A stretch of 64,000 nucleotides of DNA from IMGVR_UViG_3300033997_000478:248001-312000; one strand, 5' to 3'. Positions 16,673 through 26,914 are shown, counted from the stretch's first letter. Numbers and translations: made by a program. Notes: generated by a model not told the origin, from the letters alone.

Positions 16673-19600
16673 ATGAGCCTGCTTTTGCAAAGCCTGGCTG
16701 CTCTGGAAACGGCTGGGTCCGTCCAGAACAATCAGCGCTTGACGCTTATCACTGCCGGTGGTCTGGTCAATGTCAATTGGGGAACGCTTTCCAATGCGGT
16801 GAGTGCGCCGCTGGATGCACGCCTGACGGCTTTGGAAGGCGGCGCTGGTGCGGCCAAGCCTTCGATCTGGCCAACGGCACGTACGATCTCTCTGACGGGC
16901 ATCGTCACCGGTTCGGTGGCACTGGATGGTAGCGGTGATGTATCGCTGGCCACCTCGATCGCCAATGGCGCACTGACCACGGCCAAGACTGCCGGTCTTC
17001 AATCTACGCTGGACAACCTGACCACTGGTCTGGGTAATCGTTGGGGCACGGGCGTCACCGAAGGTCCCAACCCTAGCATCTACACCGGCGATCTGAATCT
17101 GCTGGCGGGTGCGACGTTTGTACGCGCCACCAACCCAGCTACCAACTTGCCGACGGTGGGTGGTCCGAACTTCACGGTACTGACCAACGGTCTGATCAAC
17201 TACGGCAACCAGCTGGCTTTCGGTGCCGACACGCTCAGCTTCCGTACGCAGAACGCAGGTACTTGGGGTAGCTGGCGTAATCTCTGGCACTCGGGCAATC
17301 TGGACCCGTCCAACCTGCTGCTCAAGACCGACACTGCAACGGCCGCTTCCAAGTTGGCTACGGCTCGTTCGTTCTCGTTGACCGGTGCTGTGACTGCTTC
17401 GGCAGTGCAGTTTGATGGTTCGCAGAACGTCACGCTCAATACGTCGATCACCGATGGCTCGATTGCTATCGCCTCGGTATCGGGGCTGACCTCGGCATTG
17501 GCGTTGAAGGCTGAGCAGTACGGGCTGATTCCAGCTGGTCGTCCGTTGAACTCCAACGGCAACACTGGCTTCTACGGTCAGACGGTTGCAGCCCAAGCTA
17601 CGCTGGCTAACAACTACCCGGTGGCCGGTGCTTTGGGTGTACTCAACGTCACCCAGCAGACCGGTTACATCGAGCAGGAATACATCACCACCTCCAATGC
17701 GCATTACCGTCGCTTCTTCAACGGTAGTTCGTGGTCAGGCTGGGCGCGTCTGTGGAGTTCGGATGATTTCGATCCCACCTCCAAGTACGACAAGACCGGC
17801 GGTGTGATCAACGGTAACGTGACTGTCACCGGTACGGTGGCGTCCAACAACACGATTACCGGCACGACGTTCATCTCCACGGTCGCACCGACGGTCACGC
17901 CTCTGTGGCTGCTCTCCGGCGCCGGCTATACCGGTCGCACGCGCGGCATCCAGATGAACGAAGACTACGTGATGCTGGTCAACAACGAGACCAGTGGCAC
18001 GGCCAACTACAACCTGCGTCTGAGCAATGCTGGTCTGCTGGAACTGCGCACACCCACCAACACGCTCAGCGTGTGGCATGCGGGTAACTTCACCCCGGAC
18101 AGCCCGGTGGACAGCAGCGGTCAGATCCGTATCGGCCCCTCTGACGCAGACTCGGTTCGTTTCCGTAAGGACGGCTACTTCTCCGTTGCAGGCGGCGCCT
18201 GGAAGGCTCTGGGTGCAGGTGACTCCACCGCAGATCCGATTTTCAACACGATCTCCTTCGGCACTGCTTCCGGCGCGATGCTGGGTACCAGTGAATCGAA
18301 CACGGGTATCGGCGTTGCTGTCGGCGCGCCGGGAGCGCGCAAGTCCTTCTCCTTCGGCTCCAATGGTGACTTCACTGTTGGCAGCGGTCGTTTGATCGTT
18401 GGCAGCAACGTTGTCTGGCACGCTGGTAACTTTGACCCGTCCACCAAGTTGGGCACCACGGCTACTGCCGCGGCAGCGACCAAGCTCGCCACCGCTCGCA
18501 CGATCAACGGTGTGGCCTTTGACGGTACGGCAAATATCACCGTCCCCAGTAACGTCAATCCGGATGACTTCGTTAAGGTCATTCAGACTGCGGCCACGTA
18601 CACCAATGCCGATAGCCTGAACGGTAAGCTGGCGTATGCGGTTTCCGGCGGCACGGCCTTGGGTGTGCCTGAAGCCTACATGACCACGTGGAACTTCGGT
18701 GACAACGGTTCGCGTGATGGTCAGTTTGCTTGGACCTACAGCGCCACCAATCGCCTGTACTTCCGCAGTCGTCTGGACACGGGCAGCTCGTGGAAGCCGT
18801 GGTATCAGGTTTGGACCGCAGCTTCGTTCAATCCCAATACCAAGGCCGACATCCAAGACCCGGTGTTCAAGGGCACCGCCTACTTCGACGTCGACAACGG
18901 CTCAACGGCCAAGGGTCGCTTCATCGCTGGTGCCAGCAACGGTATCAACCTTGATGCGGTCAATGACGATGCCTCACAGTTCGCTCCGCTGAACCTGCGA
19001 GGTACAGCGGTAACGATTAACGGCAACACGCCGTGGACCAACGCCAACTTCGACCCGAACTCCAAGTTGAATGCCCGCGACGAACTGGGCGCAGTGGCTC
19101 GCACGCACAGCGACTGGAACACTGCTACGACCAACGGGTGGTGGATGGCTGCCAATGCAACCAACGCCCCGGTGGGTAACTGGCTGCTCGGTATTGTCAC
19201 TCAACACAACAACGATTGGATTCAGCAGGAGGTCTACGACTTCACCGGCGGCATCAGTGGTCCGAAGTGGTACCGTTGGAAGCTGGGCGGCACCTGGAGC
19301 GCGTGGACGCAGGACTTCAATGTCGGCGGCGCGCTGTACGCAGGTCGTATCTGGACCGGTTGGGACTCCGGCATCGGTGGTTCGATCTCCTGCTCCAACT
19401 GGTTCCGTTCTCAAGGCCAGACTGGCATCTACTTCGCCGACTACGGCGGCGGTTGGAACATGACCGACACCACGTATGTGCGCGCCTACAACGGCAAGCA
19501 GTGTGCGGCCGGTGACTTTGTCATCTCCTCCGACGTACGCCTGAAGACTGCGATCAATCCGCTGGAGTTCCGTGGCCGCTTGCGTCCTGTGCATTTCACG

Positions 19601-19855
19601 ATGCGTAAGGACGGTCGTCGCGACATGGGCTTCATCGCTGACGAAGTTGAGAAGCTCTATCCCGAAGCGGTTGGTGAAATCGAATGCGTCGAAGACGGTC
19701 CGCTCAAGGGCAAGATGATCAAGCAGCTGTCCCAGCAGAAGCTGGTGGCTGTGGTGTCCCATCAGGTCAACGCCGTTGAAGATGATGTCATTGCACTGCG
19801 TGCCGAATTGGCCGCGCTCCGGCAAGAGATTGCCGAGTTGAAGAACAACCGGTAA
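16673..19855 (+). CDS. Long tail fibre protein A (1060 aa) with a C-terminal peptidase S74 intramolecular chaperone
   Basis: WHxGNF and W..W fibre motifs, KLATARTINGVAFDG modules, SDVRLK autocleavage motif, and GFIADEV. Confidence 0.85.
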   Translation: MSLLLQSLAALETAGSVQNNQRLTLITAGGLVNVNWGTLSNAVSAPLDARLTALEGGAGAAKPSIWPTARTISLTGIVTGSVALDGSGDVSLATSIANGALTTAKTAGLQSTLDNLTTGLGNRWGTGVTEGPNPSIYTGDLNLLAGATFVRATNPATNLPTVGGPNFTVLTNGLINYGNQLAFGADTLSFRTQNAGTWGSWRNLWHSGNLDPSNLLLKTDTATAASKLATARSFSLTGAVTASAVQFDGSQNVTLNTSITDGSIAIASVSGLTSALALKAEQYGLIPAGRPLNSNGNTGFYGQTVAAQATLANNYPVAGALGVLNVTQQTGYIEQEYITTSNAHYRRFFNGSSWSGWARLWSSDDFDPTSKYDKTGGVINGNVTVTGTVASNNTITGTTFISTVAPTVTPLWLLSGAGYTGRTRGIQMNEDYVMLVNNETSGTANYNLRLSNAGLLELRTPTNTLSVWHAGNFTPDSPVDSSGQIRIGPSDADSVRFRKDGYFSVAGGAWKALGAGDSTADPIFNTISFGTASGAMLGTSESNTGIGVAVGAPGARKSFSFGSNGDFTVGSGRLIVGSNVVWHAGNFDPSTKLGTTATAAAATKLATARTINGVAFDGTANITVPSNVNPDDFVKVIQTAATYTNADSLNGKLAYAVSGGTALGVPEAYMTTWNFGDNGSRDGQFAWTYSATNRLYFRSRLDTGSSWKPWYQVWTAASFNPNTKADIQDPVFKGTAYFDVDNGSTAKGRFIAGASNGINLDAVNDDASQFAPLNLRGTAVTINGNTPWTNANFDPNSKLNARDELGAVARTHSDWNTATTNGWWMAANATNAPVGNWLLGIVTQHNNDWIQQEVYDFTGGISGPKWYRWKLGGTWSAWTQDFNVGGALYAGRIWTGWDSGIGGSISCSNWFRSQGQTGIYFADYGGGWNMTDTTYVRAYNGKQCAAGDFVISSDVRLKTAINPLEFRGRLRPVHFTMRKDGRRDMGFIADEVEKLYPEAVGEIECVEDGPLKGKMIKQLSQQKLVAVVSHQVNAVEDDVIALRAELAALRQEIAELKNNR
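18482..18547 (+). repeat. Fibre module KLATARTINGVAFDGTANITVP, repeated at 24048-24113
   Basis: Identical 22-aa module in both long fibres. Related ART(I/F)xLxGxVTGS modules recur in both genes. Confidence 0.8.
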
Positions 19856-19864
19856 TCACAACCT

Positions 19865-19886
19865 CCCCCTAGGGCGACCTAGGGGG
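19865..19886 (+). terminator. Hairpin (GCGA tetraloop) between the fibre genes
   Basis: CCCCCTAGG-GCGA-CCTAGGGGG followed by CTTGCCTTT. Confidence 0.55.
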
Positions 19887-19907
19887 CTTGCCTTTCAAGG
19901 ATCCAAC

Positions 19908-22900
19908 ATGTCTCTCAATACGCTCAGCTTCAAGGGTTTTGCTTTCACTGAAAACCCGCAAAGCGCGCAGTACGTCTCCGTACGTACCGGGCCAGGGGAT
20001 GAGGACTTTGCCAACGTACTGCTGAGCGATCTGCGTACCTTCATCACCGCAGAGGTGGAGGTTCGTCTTGCTGCTCTGGAGGCCGGCGAGTCTGGGGGCG
20101 CCAAGCCCTCCATCTGGCCTGTGGCCCGCACGATGACGCTGTCCGGTCCGGTGACCGGTTCGGCTTCGTTTGACGGTTCGCAGAACTTCTCACTGAGCAC
20201 GTCCATTGCCGACGGTGCTCTGACGATTGCCAAGACCAATGGTCTGCAAGGACAACTGACCACGCTGCAAACCAACATCGACGGCAAGGCGCCGTTGGTG
20301 CACAGCCACATCGGCACCCAGCCGAACCTGAACTCGATTCCCGGCGGCGTCCTGCCGGTCGGCGCCGTTGTAGGTAGTGGCTCCACCGCTCTGGACGGAT
20401 TCACCAACCCGTTGTACCTGTCCGCCTATGATGGACAAACGCGTGCCTCGCAGTTGATCTTCGACAATGCTACCGATGAAGTAGGCTTCCGCCGCTTCAC
20501 CGCGGGCAACTGGCGATCGGTTCGCAAGATCTGGACTGAAGCTAACTTCGATCCGAGTGTCAAGGCCAGCACCGGCGGTAACACCTTCACCGGTCTGAAC
20601 ACCTTCGCCAATGGTCGGGTGGTGATCCGTGCTGACGTGGCTGCCACGCAGTCGGCGTTGCAGTTCCAGGATGAGTCGGCTGTGCTGCAAGGCATGGTCT
20701 ACTACAACCGCACCGACAAGGCCATGACGATCTATACGGCCGCAGGTGATGGCACCTCCAAGGTGATGTCACTCAAGCCCGACGGTCTGTACTGGGATGC
20801 CAAGAAGGTTTGGCATGCGGGGAACTTCGATCCGGCTACCTACAACTACATGACGGTCACGCCGACGTTGTACAACGCCAGCGCAGGTATCAACTGCGAC
20901 AATCTGGTTGTCGGCTCCAAGGCCTTCGTGCACAACGCCAACACCAACACGCCGGGTACGGCCGCCACCTATTGGCACATTGAAACTGTGCAGCTGGGTG
21001 ATGTGGCTGGTTCGCTGATCCAACGCGCCTACGCCGCTGACAGCAGCGAAATGTGGACGCGTGTGTATAACGCTGGTTGGAAAGCCTGGCGGCGGGTGTG
21101 GACCTCGGAGAACTTCAACCCGGTCAACAAGCTTGACGCCAACGCAGCGGCAGCCAGCGCACAGAAGCTCACCATTGCGCGTACGATCGCCCTGACGGGC
21201 GTCGTGACCGGTAGCGTGTCCTTTGATGGTAGCGCCAACGCAAGCATCACCACGGCCTTCTCAGGCGATGTCACCAACAGCGCCGGTGGCTTCATTGTTG
21301 CTGGCGGTGGTGCGGTGCAGGTTAACAACCCCAACGCCAGTTCGGCTTCGATCAAGATGGACTGGAACGGCGATATGCCGCGCTTGCGCATCGGTGGATC
21401 TGGCACCGGCTCGAACGCAACGTTCTTGATTGTGGGTCAAAGTGAAAAGACCCGCATGTCGTTGGACCTCAACGGCAACGCCATGTTCGCCGGCAATATC
21501 CTGGCCAACGGTGACAAGACGGTCTATCACTCTGGCAATCTGGACTTGACTGATTTCACCCGCGTGGGCACCACCAACCTGGGTAAGGTCGGTTCCACTA
21601 CGGTTGGTCCGGGTACGCTGAATTCACCTGCGGCATGGTCCAACCTGCCCACTGGCTTCTCCAGCTTCGTGCTTAACACCGTGGGCACGGCCAACGGCGC
21701 ACCGGGTGACGGCTACGGCTACTTCCACAAGATCGCCCAGCGTGATACGCAAGGCGGTTGGGCCGGTATCTGGCTGCCGCATCTGTTCAATGGCGCACAA
21801 GTCATCCAGGCGTACCTGGGTGGTGCCAACGACAGCACCTCATATGCTCGCTGGGCTAAGATCTGGAATGACACCAACCATGGTGCAGGTTCCGGTCTGG
21901 ATGCTGACTTGCTCGATGGTAAGGATGGCGGCTACTACCTGAGTAAGGACACCCTGCTCGGCGGTGCCAACATGGCCCGCAATGGTAGCTTTGAAAGTCA
22001 GTACAACAGCGGTCGTCCGTACTTCTGGAACTTGGGTGGCAATGCCACCGGTCGCAGTGGTTCGTTCGTGGTCAGCGCTGCTGGTCCGGCGGGTGTCGGT
22101 TTCCGCATTGATGCTACTTCGGCTACGGCCGGTCAGTACATCGACATGATGCAACCGCTGCTGGAAGACGGTACAGACCCGCGTCCGACTTGTGTACCCA
22201 ATCGCCCCTATACGGCCAGCTGCGACTTCCGCGGCACCGAAGGTGCGATGGTGCGCATGTACATCCAGTTCTACGACAGCAGCGATACGGTGATCGCCAC
22301 GGCCACCTCGCAGGACTTCACCGCTTCGGCCACGAACTACCAGCGCGCTTTCGTGACTGGTCGCGCACCGGCCAACGCTGTCAAGCTGCGCATGTACTGT
22401 CCGCGACTGCACAACAACGGTCTGGGTGGCGCCACGGTACCGCTGTTTGTGGAATACGCAGGTGCCTCGCTTCAAGAAGGTGACAGCTACAGCACCTTCC
22501 ATTATCCGGGCTCCTCGTTCCTGCGCAATGACATTGCCAATCTCCAGGACGTGCGCCTGGCAACGGGCAATGGTCGCGGTCTGCGCTTCTTCGACAACGA
22601 GCAGTACAAGATCTTCATGTCGGTGGCCACCGACGCAACCTACGGCGGCCGAATCGCAGGTGAAACCACCTCCGATTACAACATGTACTTCCGCATGGCC
22701 AGCGGCACCAACCGCGGTTTCGTGTTTGAGAAGGACAACGGCAACAAGCTGCTGTCGATCAATCCCAACGGTGTGCGTTCGGCGGTGGACATCACCGCAC
22801 CGATCATCACTGCAACCACGCAGTTCCAGGTGTCCAACCCGAACAACACCGCAGCTCGCGTGTGGATGGACTGGTTGAATGACAACCCGCGCATTCGTGT

Positions 22901-25049
22901 GGGTGGCAGTGGTGCCGGTGCAGCCGGTACGCTGCAGTTCACCTGGCCCAGTGAGACGGTCAACTTCAGCATCACCAATGCCGGTAACGCCGACCTGCGC
23001 GGTCAGCTGTCGGTACTGAAGCTGATCACCAAGAACGACCAAACCTCGTTGTTCGGTGACGGTGGTGCATCGATCCGTGGTACGGGCACCGGTAGCGTTG
23101 TGCTCTCCTCGGGCACTCAGGCCGGCGGTTACATCTACCTGCGACCCAACGGTGACACCGTCACCACCGGTCAGGCGGTGCTCTACGCCAACGGTCAGTT
23201 CGAGATGACCAGTGCCAAGGTGGGCATGGGTGTGGGTGCGGGCGGTGTCATGCTGGAGCTGGCAGGCGATCGTGCTTGGCAGTTCCGTCAGTCCGGCACG
23301 GGCGCTACTTCGGCGCTGGAGCTGTTTGACACCACTGGCGGTAAGCGGGTGGATTTCACCACCACTTCCAGTTCGAACAAGGTCAGTATCGATCCCAATA
23401 GTAGCACGGTCTCAGCTTCGACCTTCGCAGGTACGGCGACCAACGCAGCCAAGTGGACCACTGCTCGCAACCTCTACCTCCAGAACGATCTGGTGGGTAA
23501 TGTGGCGATCGATGGTAGCGCTGACATCTCGTTGAACGCCTACTCGCGTGCTTACACCACGGGCAACACGGGCAACACCTATCCCGGTCAATACGTCCGG
23601 GTGGCGTCCATCACGCTGGGCGCGCTGTACGAGGATTCCTCGGTAGCGCTTCAGTTCATGGGCTACGGCGATAGCGCCGGTACCGGCCGTTACGGTCGTG
23701 TGCGTTTCCGCGCCAAGCAACAAGTAGCTCTGCCGGGTCTGCCGTATGTGGACGTCTCCTTGGAGGCAGCCAACTACCTGAACCCGGATGACTTCGTTGC
23801 GGTGATCGGCGATACCTCCGCCTATCCGGTGAAGGTGGACCTGTTCATCAAGATGTCGGGTACGTACTCGGGTCTGAAGTGCACGGTCATGGGTCGCGGC
23901 GGTAGCCGTACGACTCAGGTGCTGGAGAACGACGGCTACGCTACGGCGCTGCCGGCGGGCACGCAAGTGGTGGGTGTGGCTGACGCCAGTCGCGTGTACG
24001 CAGGCACCTTCAACGGTGCTCTGTCGGGCAACGCAGCTACGGCGACGAAACTGGCCACGGCTCGCACGATCAACGGTGTGGCTTTCGATGGTACGGCCAA
24101 CATCACCGTACCGGCGACGTGGAACGGCGGCACGGTCAACGGCGCCATCAACATCTTCAACGGCACGTTGAACGCTCAGGCCTCGCACATCACCTTGGCG
24201 TGGAGCGGCGGCAGCACCCGTTGGGCACACGTGATGGAAAGCTCCGGTGATTACGCCATCTACGGCTACAATGCCAGCGGCGGCGCGCCGTACCAACAGC
24301 TGATCCTGCGCAACACCTCGTTGGCAGCAGCGGCAGACAAGTACCGTGCTTTGGAAGTTCAAGGCGGCATCAAGTCGGGTGGTGCTAATTCTGCGCTGAT
24401 CGTGGTCGACCGTGGTAACAATGCGGCCGAATATCACGCTTACGTGCAGGACAATGGTGGTTCGTGGGCCATCTGGCGACAGGGCTACGATGACATCTTC
24501 AAGGTTGCGGCGAGTGGCAAGATCGCGCAAGCAGGTGTCTTCTCCGCCGCACTGAGCACAGCTAACAGCCCGAACGTGTCGGCTGATCAGGCTTCCTTCC
24601 GCGCCTACGGCAACTACGGTGGCGGTTACGGTCTGATCGATGGCTCCTACCAGATCTGCATGTACTCGATCAGTGGCAACCTGAACTTCGGTTTTGGTTC
24701 CTCGGGTAATGCACCGTCGAAGGCCTCGTTGCGCAATGACGGTACGTTCTTCGCTACTGACTATGCTATCAACTCCGACGCCAGCCTGAAGGAGAACGTG
24801 GTCGAGTTGTTCTACAACGGGCGCCTGCGTCCGGTGGAGTTCGACTGGATCGACGGGAAGAAGCATGACCTGGGCTTCATCGCGCAGGAAGTGCAGAAGC
24901 TGTACCCCGATGCCGTTCAGCCCGATGAGGTTACCGGTAAGCTGCGTCTGTCGCCGATGAAGCTGATTGCGGTGTTGTCCTCGCAGGTCAACTCGCTGGA
25001 AGATCGTCTGGCCCAGCTCGAGGCTCTCGTGGCCTCGAAGATCCAATAG
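19908..25049 (+). CDS. Long tail fibre protein B (1713 aa) with an internal CBM-like domain and a C-terminal S74 chaperone
   Basis: AAGGA RBS. N-terminal GGAKPSIWP module shared with fibre A. NMARNGSFE...YTASCDFRG pattern, SDASLK and GFIAQEV. Confidence 0.85.
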   Translation: MSLNTLSFKGFAFTENPQSAQYVSVRTGPGDEDFANVLLSDLRTFITAEVEVRLAALEAGESGGAKPSIWPVARTMTLSGPVTGSASFDGSQNFSLSTSIADGALTIAKTNGLQGQLTTLQTNIDGKAPLVHSHIGTQPNLNSIPGGVLPVGAVVGSGSTALDGFTNPLYLSAYDGQTRASQLIFDNATDEVGFRRFTAGNWRSVRKIWTEANFDPSVKASTGGNTFTGLNTFANGRVVIRADVAATQSALQFQDESAVLQGMVYYNRTDKAMTIYTAAGDGTSKVMSLKPDGLYWDAKKVWHAGNFDPATYNYMTVTPTLYNASAGINCDNLVVGSKAFVHNANTNTPGTAATYWHIETVQLGDVAGSLIQRAYAADSSEMWTRVYNAGWKAWRRVWTSENFNPVNKLDANAAAASAQKLTIARTIALTGVVTGSVSFDGSANASITTAFSGDVTNSAGGFIVAGGGAVQVNNPNASSASIKMDWNGDMPRLRIGGSGTGSNATFLIVGQSEKTRMSLDLNGNAMFAGNILANGDKTVYHSGNLDLTDFTRVGTTNLGKVGSTTVGPGTLNSPAAWSNLPTGFSSFVLNTVGTANGAPGDGYGYFHKIAQRDTQGGWAGIWLPHLFNGAQVIQAYLGGANDSTSYARWAKIWNDTNHGAGSGLDADLLDGKDGGYYLSKDTLLGGANMARNGSFESQYNSGRPYFWNLGGNATGRSGSFVVSAAGPAGVGFRIDATSATAGQYIDMMQPLLEDGTDPRPTCVPNRPYTASCDFRGTEGAMVRMYIQFYDSSDTVIATATSQDFTASATNYQRAFVTGRAPANAVKLRMYCPRLHNNGLGGATVPLFVEYAGASLQEGDSYSTFHYPGSSFLRNDIANLQDVRLATGNGRGLRFFDNEQYKIFMSVATDATYGGRIAGETTSDYNMYFRMASGTNRGFVFEKDNGNKLLSINPNGVRSAVDITAPIITATTQFQVSNPNNTAARVWMDWLNDNPRIRVGGSGAGAAGTLQFTWPSETVNFSITNAGNADLRGQLSVLKLITKNDQTSLFGDGGASIRGTGTGSVVLSSGTQAGGYIYLRPNGDTVTTGQAVLYANGQFEMTSAKVGMGVGAGGVMLELAGDRAWQFRQSGTGATSALELFDTTGGKRVDFTTTSSSNKVSIDPNSSTVSASTFAGTATNAAKWTTARNLYLQNDLVGNVAIDGSADISLNAYSRAYTTGNTGNTYPGQYVRVASITLGALYEDSSVALQFMGYGDSAGTGRYGRVRFRAKQQVALPGLPYVDVSLEAANYLNPDDFVAVIGDTSAYPVKVDLFIKMSGTYSGLKCTVMGRGGSRTTQVLENDGYATALPAGTQVVGVADASRVYAGTFNGALSGNAATATKLATARTINGVAFDGTANITVPATWNGGTVNGAINIFNGTLNAQASHITLAWSGGSTRWAHVMESSGDYAIYGYNASGGAPYQQLILRNTSLAAAADKYRALEVQGGIKSGGANSALIVVDRGNNAAEYHAYVQDNGGSWAIWRQGYDDIFKVAASGKIAQAGVFSAALSTANSPNVSADQASFRAYGNYGGGYGLIDGSYQICMYSISGNLNFGFGSSGNAPSKASLRNDGTFFATDYAINSDASLKENVVELFYNGRLRPVEFDWIDGKKHDLGFIAQEVQKLYPDAVQPDEVTGKLRLSPMKLIAVLSSQVNSLEDRLAQLEALVASKIQ

Positions 25050-25052
25050 GCA

Positions 25053-25086
25053 CCATAGAGCCCGGCCTTTCGGCCGGGCTCTTCTT
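25053..25086. terminator. Hairpin after fibre B
   Basis: CATAG overlapping AGAGCCCGGCC-TTTC-GGCCGGGCTCT, followed by TCTTT. Confidence 0.6.
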
Positions 25087-25097
25087 TCGAGGTTCAC

Positions 25098-25502
25098 ATG
25101 AGCAATCCCAACAACGCACGTTTCGTGGATATGGGTGGCGGCAACATTGCCGAGTACATCTCCTTCCAGATCCAAATGAACTACAATCCCACCACCCAGC
25201 ATGTACGCGTGGTTTTTAACGGCGCGCCGTATATCCTCATGGGTACTGCTTACCAGAAGATCGGTGAAAAGCAGGACATCCTTGAGGCCGACCTGACGGG
25301 CTTGGAAGGGATGCGGTTGATTCCGCAGGGCGTGAAAGATCCGGTCACCGGGATGGACCTATCGGGTCTGTCGATCGGTGGTTTGATCCTGGCCCACAAG
25401 ATGGCCTATGACTACTTCTTCAACATCCGCGCCGGCACGTCCGGCTACACGGGGAAGAATACGATCATCGGTCCAGATCCGCAGTTCCCGCCCACGATCT
25501 AA
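25098..25502 (+). CDS. Tail-fibre accessory protein (134 aa)
   Basis: GAGG RBS. The DPVTGMDLSGLS motif resembles small proteins recalled downstream of fibres in Xanthomonas/Stenotrophomonas phages. Confidence 0.6.
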   Translation: MSNPNNARFVDMGGGNIAEYISFQIQMNYNPTTQHVRVVFNGAPYILMGTAYQKIGEKQDILEADLTGLEGMRLIPQGVKDPVTGMDLSGLSIGGLILAHKMAYDYFFNIRAGTSGYTGKNTIIGPDPQFPPTI

Positions 25503-25514
25503 AGGACTAGAGCC

Positions 25515-25988
25515 ATGCCATTGGGCACCAATCCAACACTGCTTCAAATCCAGGCGTTCTTTGGTGGCCCAGGCAATCTCAGGGCCTATTATCGTGGCGG
25601 TCCGTATGTACCGGACATTTCCGCCAATGCGGCGATCTCAACAGATCCCAACAGCTTGACCTTGCGCCAGTTCTCTGGCGCTGACAAGGTGCAGGACTGG
25701 TCTGTGAGTATGACGCCGACTTTCGTGGCAATTGCCAACAGCACCAACAACACTAGCGTGCAAATGACCATCACCGTCAACAACGCGCCTGGGCCGGCCA
25801 GCTATAACACCGTGGCCTTGCCTGGTGAAGGTATGCTCTGTTCTGTTGACAACGCAAACACCGCCGCCCCGATTGTTCGTGGTAGGCGCAGTACACAACA
25901 GCCCTCCTTCGAGGAAGGTTCGGTGCGAGCTGACGTCACGATCAATGGTGTTACCAAGTCGGCGGTTTCCCGCATGAACTTCGGCTAA
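25515..25988 (+). CDS. Putative fibre-tip adhesin 1 (157 aa; conserved N-terminal anchor, variable C-terminus)
   Basis: First about 58 aa closely match the 26060 gene (FGGPGNLRAYYRGGPYVPDISANA). Confidence 0.65.
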   Translation: MPLGTNPTLLQIQAFFGGPGNLRAYYRGGPYVPDISANAAISTDPNSLTLRQFSGADKVQDWSVSMTPTFVAIANSTNNTSVQMTITVNNAPGPASYNTVALPGEGMLCSVDNANTAAPIVRGRRSTQQPSFEEGSVRADVTINGVTKSAVSRMNFG

Positions 25989-26000
25989 GGTCGGGCATGG

Positions 26001-26030
26001 CTAAGGAGGTTTCGGCCTCCTTAGTTTATG
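26001..26030 (+). terminator. Hairpin plus TTTATG between the two tip genes
   Basis: CTAAGGAGGT-TTCG-GCCTCCTTAG-TTTATG. Confidence 0.7.
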
Positions 26031-26059
26031 TCCCTTCCTTTTTTCCTAGCAGTAGAAGT

Positions 26060-26632
26060 ATGCCTTTAGGTCTCAACCCCACCCTCATTCAAATTCGCGA
26101 CTTCTTCGGAGGTCCGGGTAATCTTCGTGCGTACTACCGCGGTGGTCCGTACGTGCCGGATATTTCGGCGAACGCCAACATCTCCACCGATCCCAATCAA
26201 TTGCGTTTGACGCAGTTCTCTTACGCTGACAAGATCACCTCACCACCTCTACCCAACTTCGGCAATGCCAGCGTTTCGGCTGACATCTTTGTTAGCGGTA
26301 ACGGTGGCGGCTGTAACAGCTACTTGGAAATCCGTCCCAACGGTATGGTCTACTCCTATTCGTCCAGTAACGGCGAAGGTAACCTATACCAGTGGTTGCC
26401 AGCCGGGCGTTCCCCTGGGGAATACATGGCCCGTCGTTCTACCAATGGCGGACCGTGGGAGGCATGGCAATCGCTTGCGTCGGTCTTCGGTGCAGCTTCT
26501 TCCTCGGCGTATTCCGACGGCTTCTACAGCGAATCCGATTCGCAGGAGTCGGTCGTACAGATCGGTTACGGCGGCAACGTACAAGCACAGGCCACCTTTA
26601 GTGCCTACTCCTCGGCCAACGGCCGCGGTTAA
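26060..26632 (+). CDS. Putative fibre-tip adhesin 2 (190 aa)
   Basis: Start moved to ATG 26060 by homology with the 25515 gene. Ser/Gly/Tyr-rich C-terminus unrelated to that of tip 1. Confidence 0.65.
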   Translation: MPLGLNPTLIQIRDFFGGPGNLRAYYRGGPYVPDISANANISTDPNQLRLTQFSYADKITSPPLPNFGNASVSADIFVSGNGGGCNSYLEIRPNGMVYSYSSSNGEGNLYQWLPAGRSPGEYMARRSTNGGPWEAWQSLASVFGAASSSAYSDGFYSESDSQESVVQIGYGGNVQAQATFSAYSSANGRG

Positions 26633-26644
26633 CAAGGACCACCT

Positions 26645-26896
26645 ATGGACATTCGCACCCTCGCCAAACAGGCGCGCCTGAAGCGCAACTGTTTACTTGA
26701 TGCGGCGGTGGGAGTTCTGAACCGACATCGCAATCAAGTGGACTTCGGTGTGAATCCGTCCCTTGGTCCTGATGAGGTTATCGAAGTGGCACACTTTGCG
26801 CAGTCACTGCGCGATGTGCCGCAGCAGATGGACTTCCCGAGCCTGATCATATGGCCAAACGTTCCACGATGCCTGCAAAAGCAAATCGTGGCCTAA
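26645..26896 (+). CDS. Phage tail-fibre assembly chaperone-like protein (83 aa)
   Basis: R.KRN.LL...LRDVPQQMDFP..I.WP..P matches the tail assembly chaperone C-terminal motif. Confidence 0.7.
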   Translation: MDIRTLAKQARLKRNCLLDAAVGVLNRHRNQVDFGVNPSLGPDEVIEVAHFAQSLRDVPQQMDFPSLIIWPNVPRCLQKQIVA

Positions 26897-26914
26897 CAAC
26901 AACAAGGCAACTTC

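Noticed and set aside
16673-26632. Possible shufflon or diversity-generating retroelement acting on fibres/tips
   Set aside because: No invertase or reverse transcriptase is in the window, no inverted crossover sites were seen, and the tip paralogues differ at synonymous positions rather than by adenine-specific changes.
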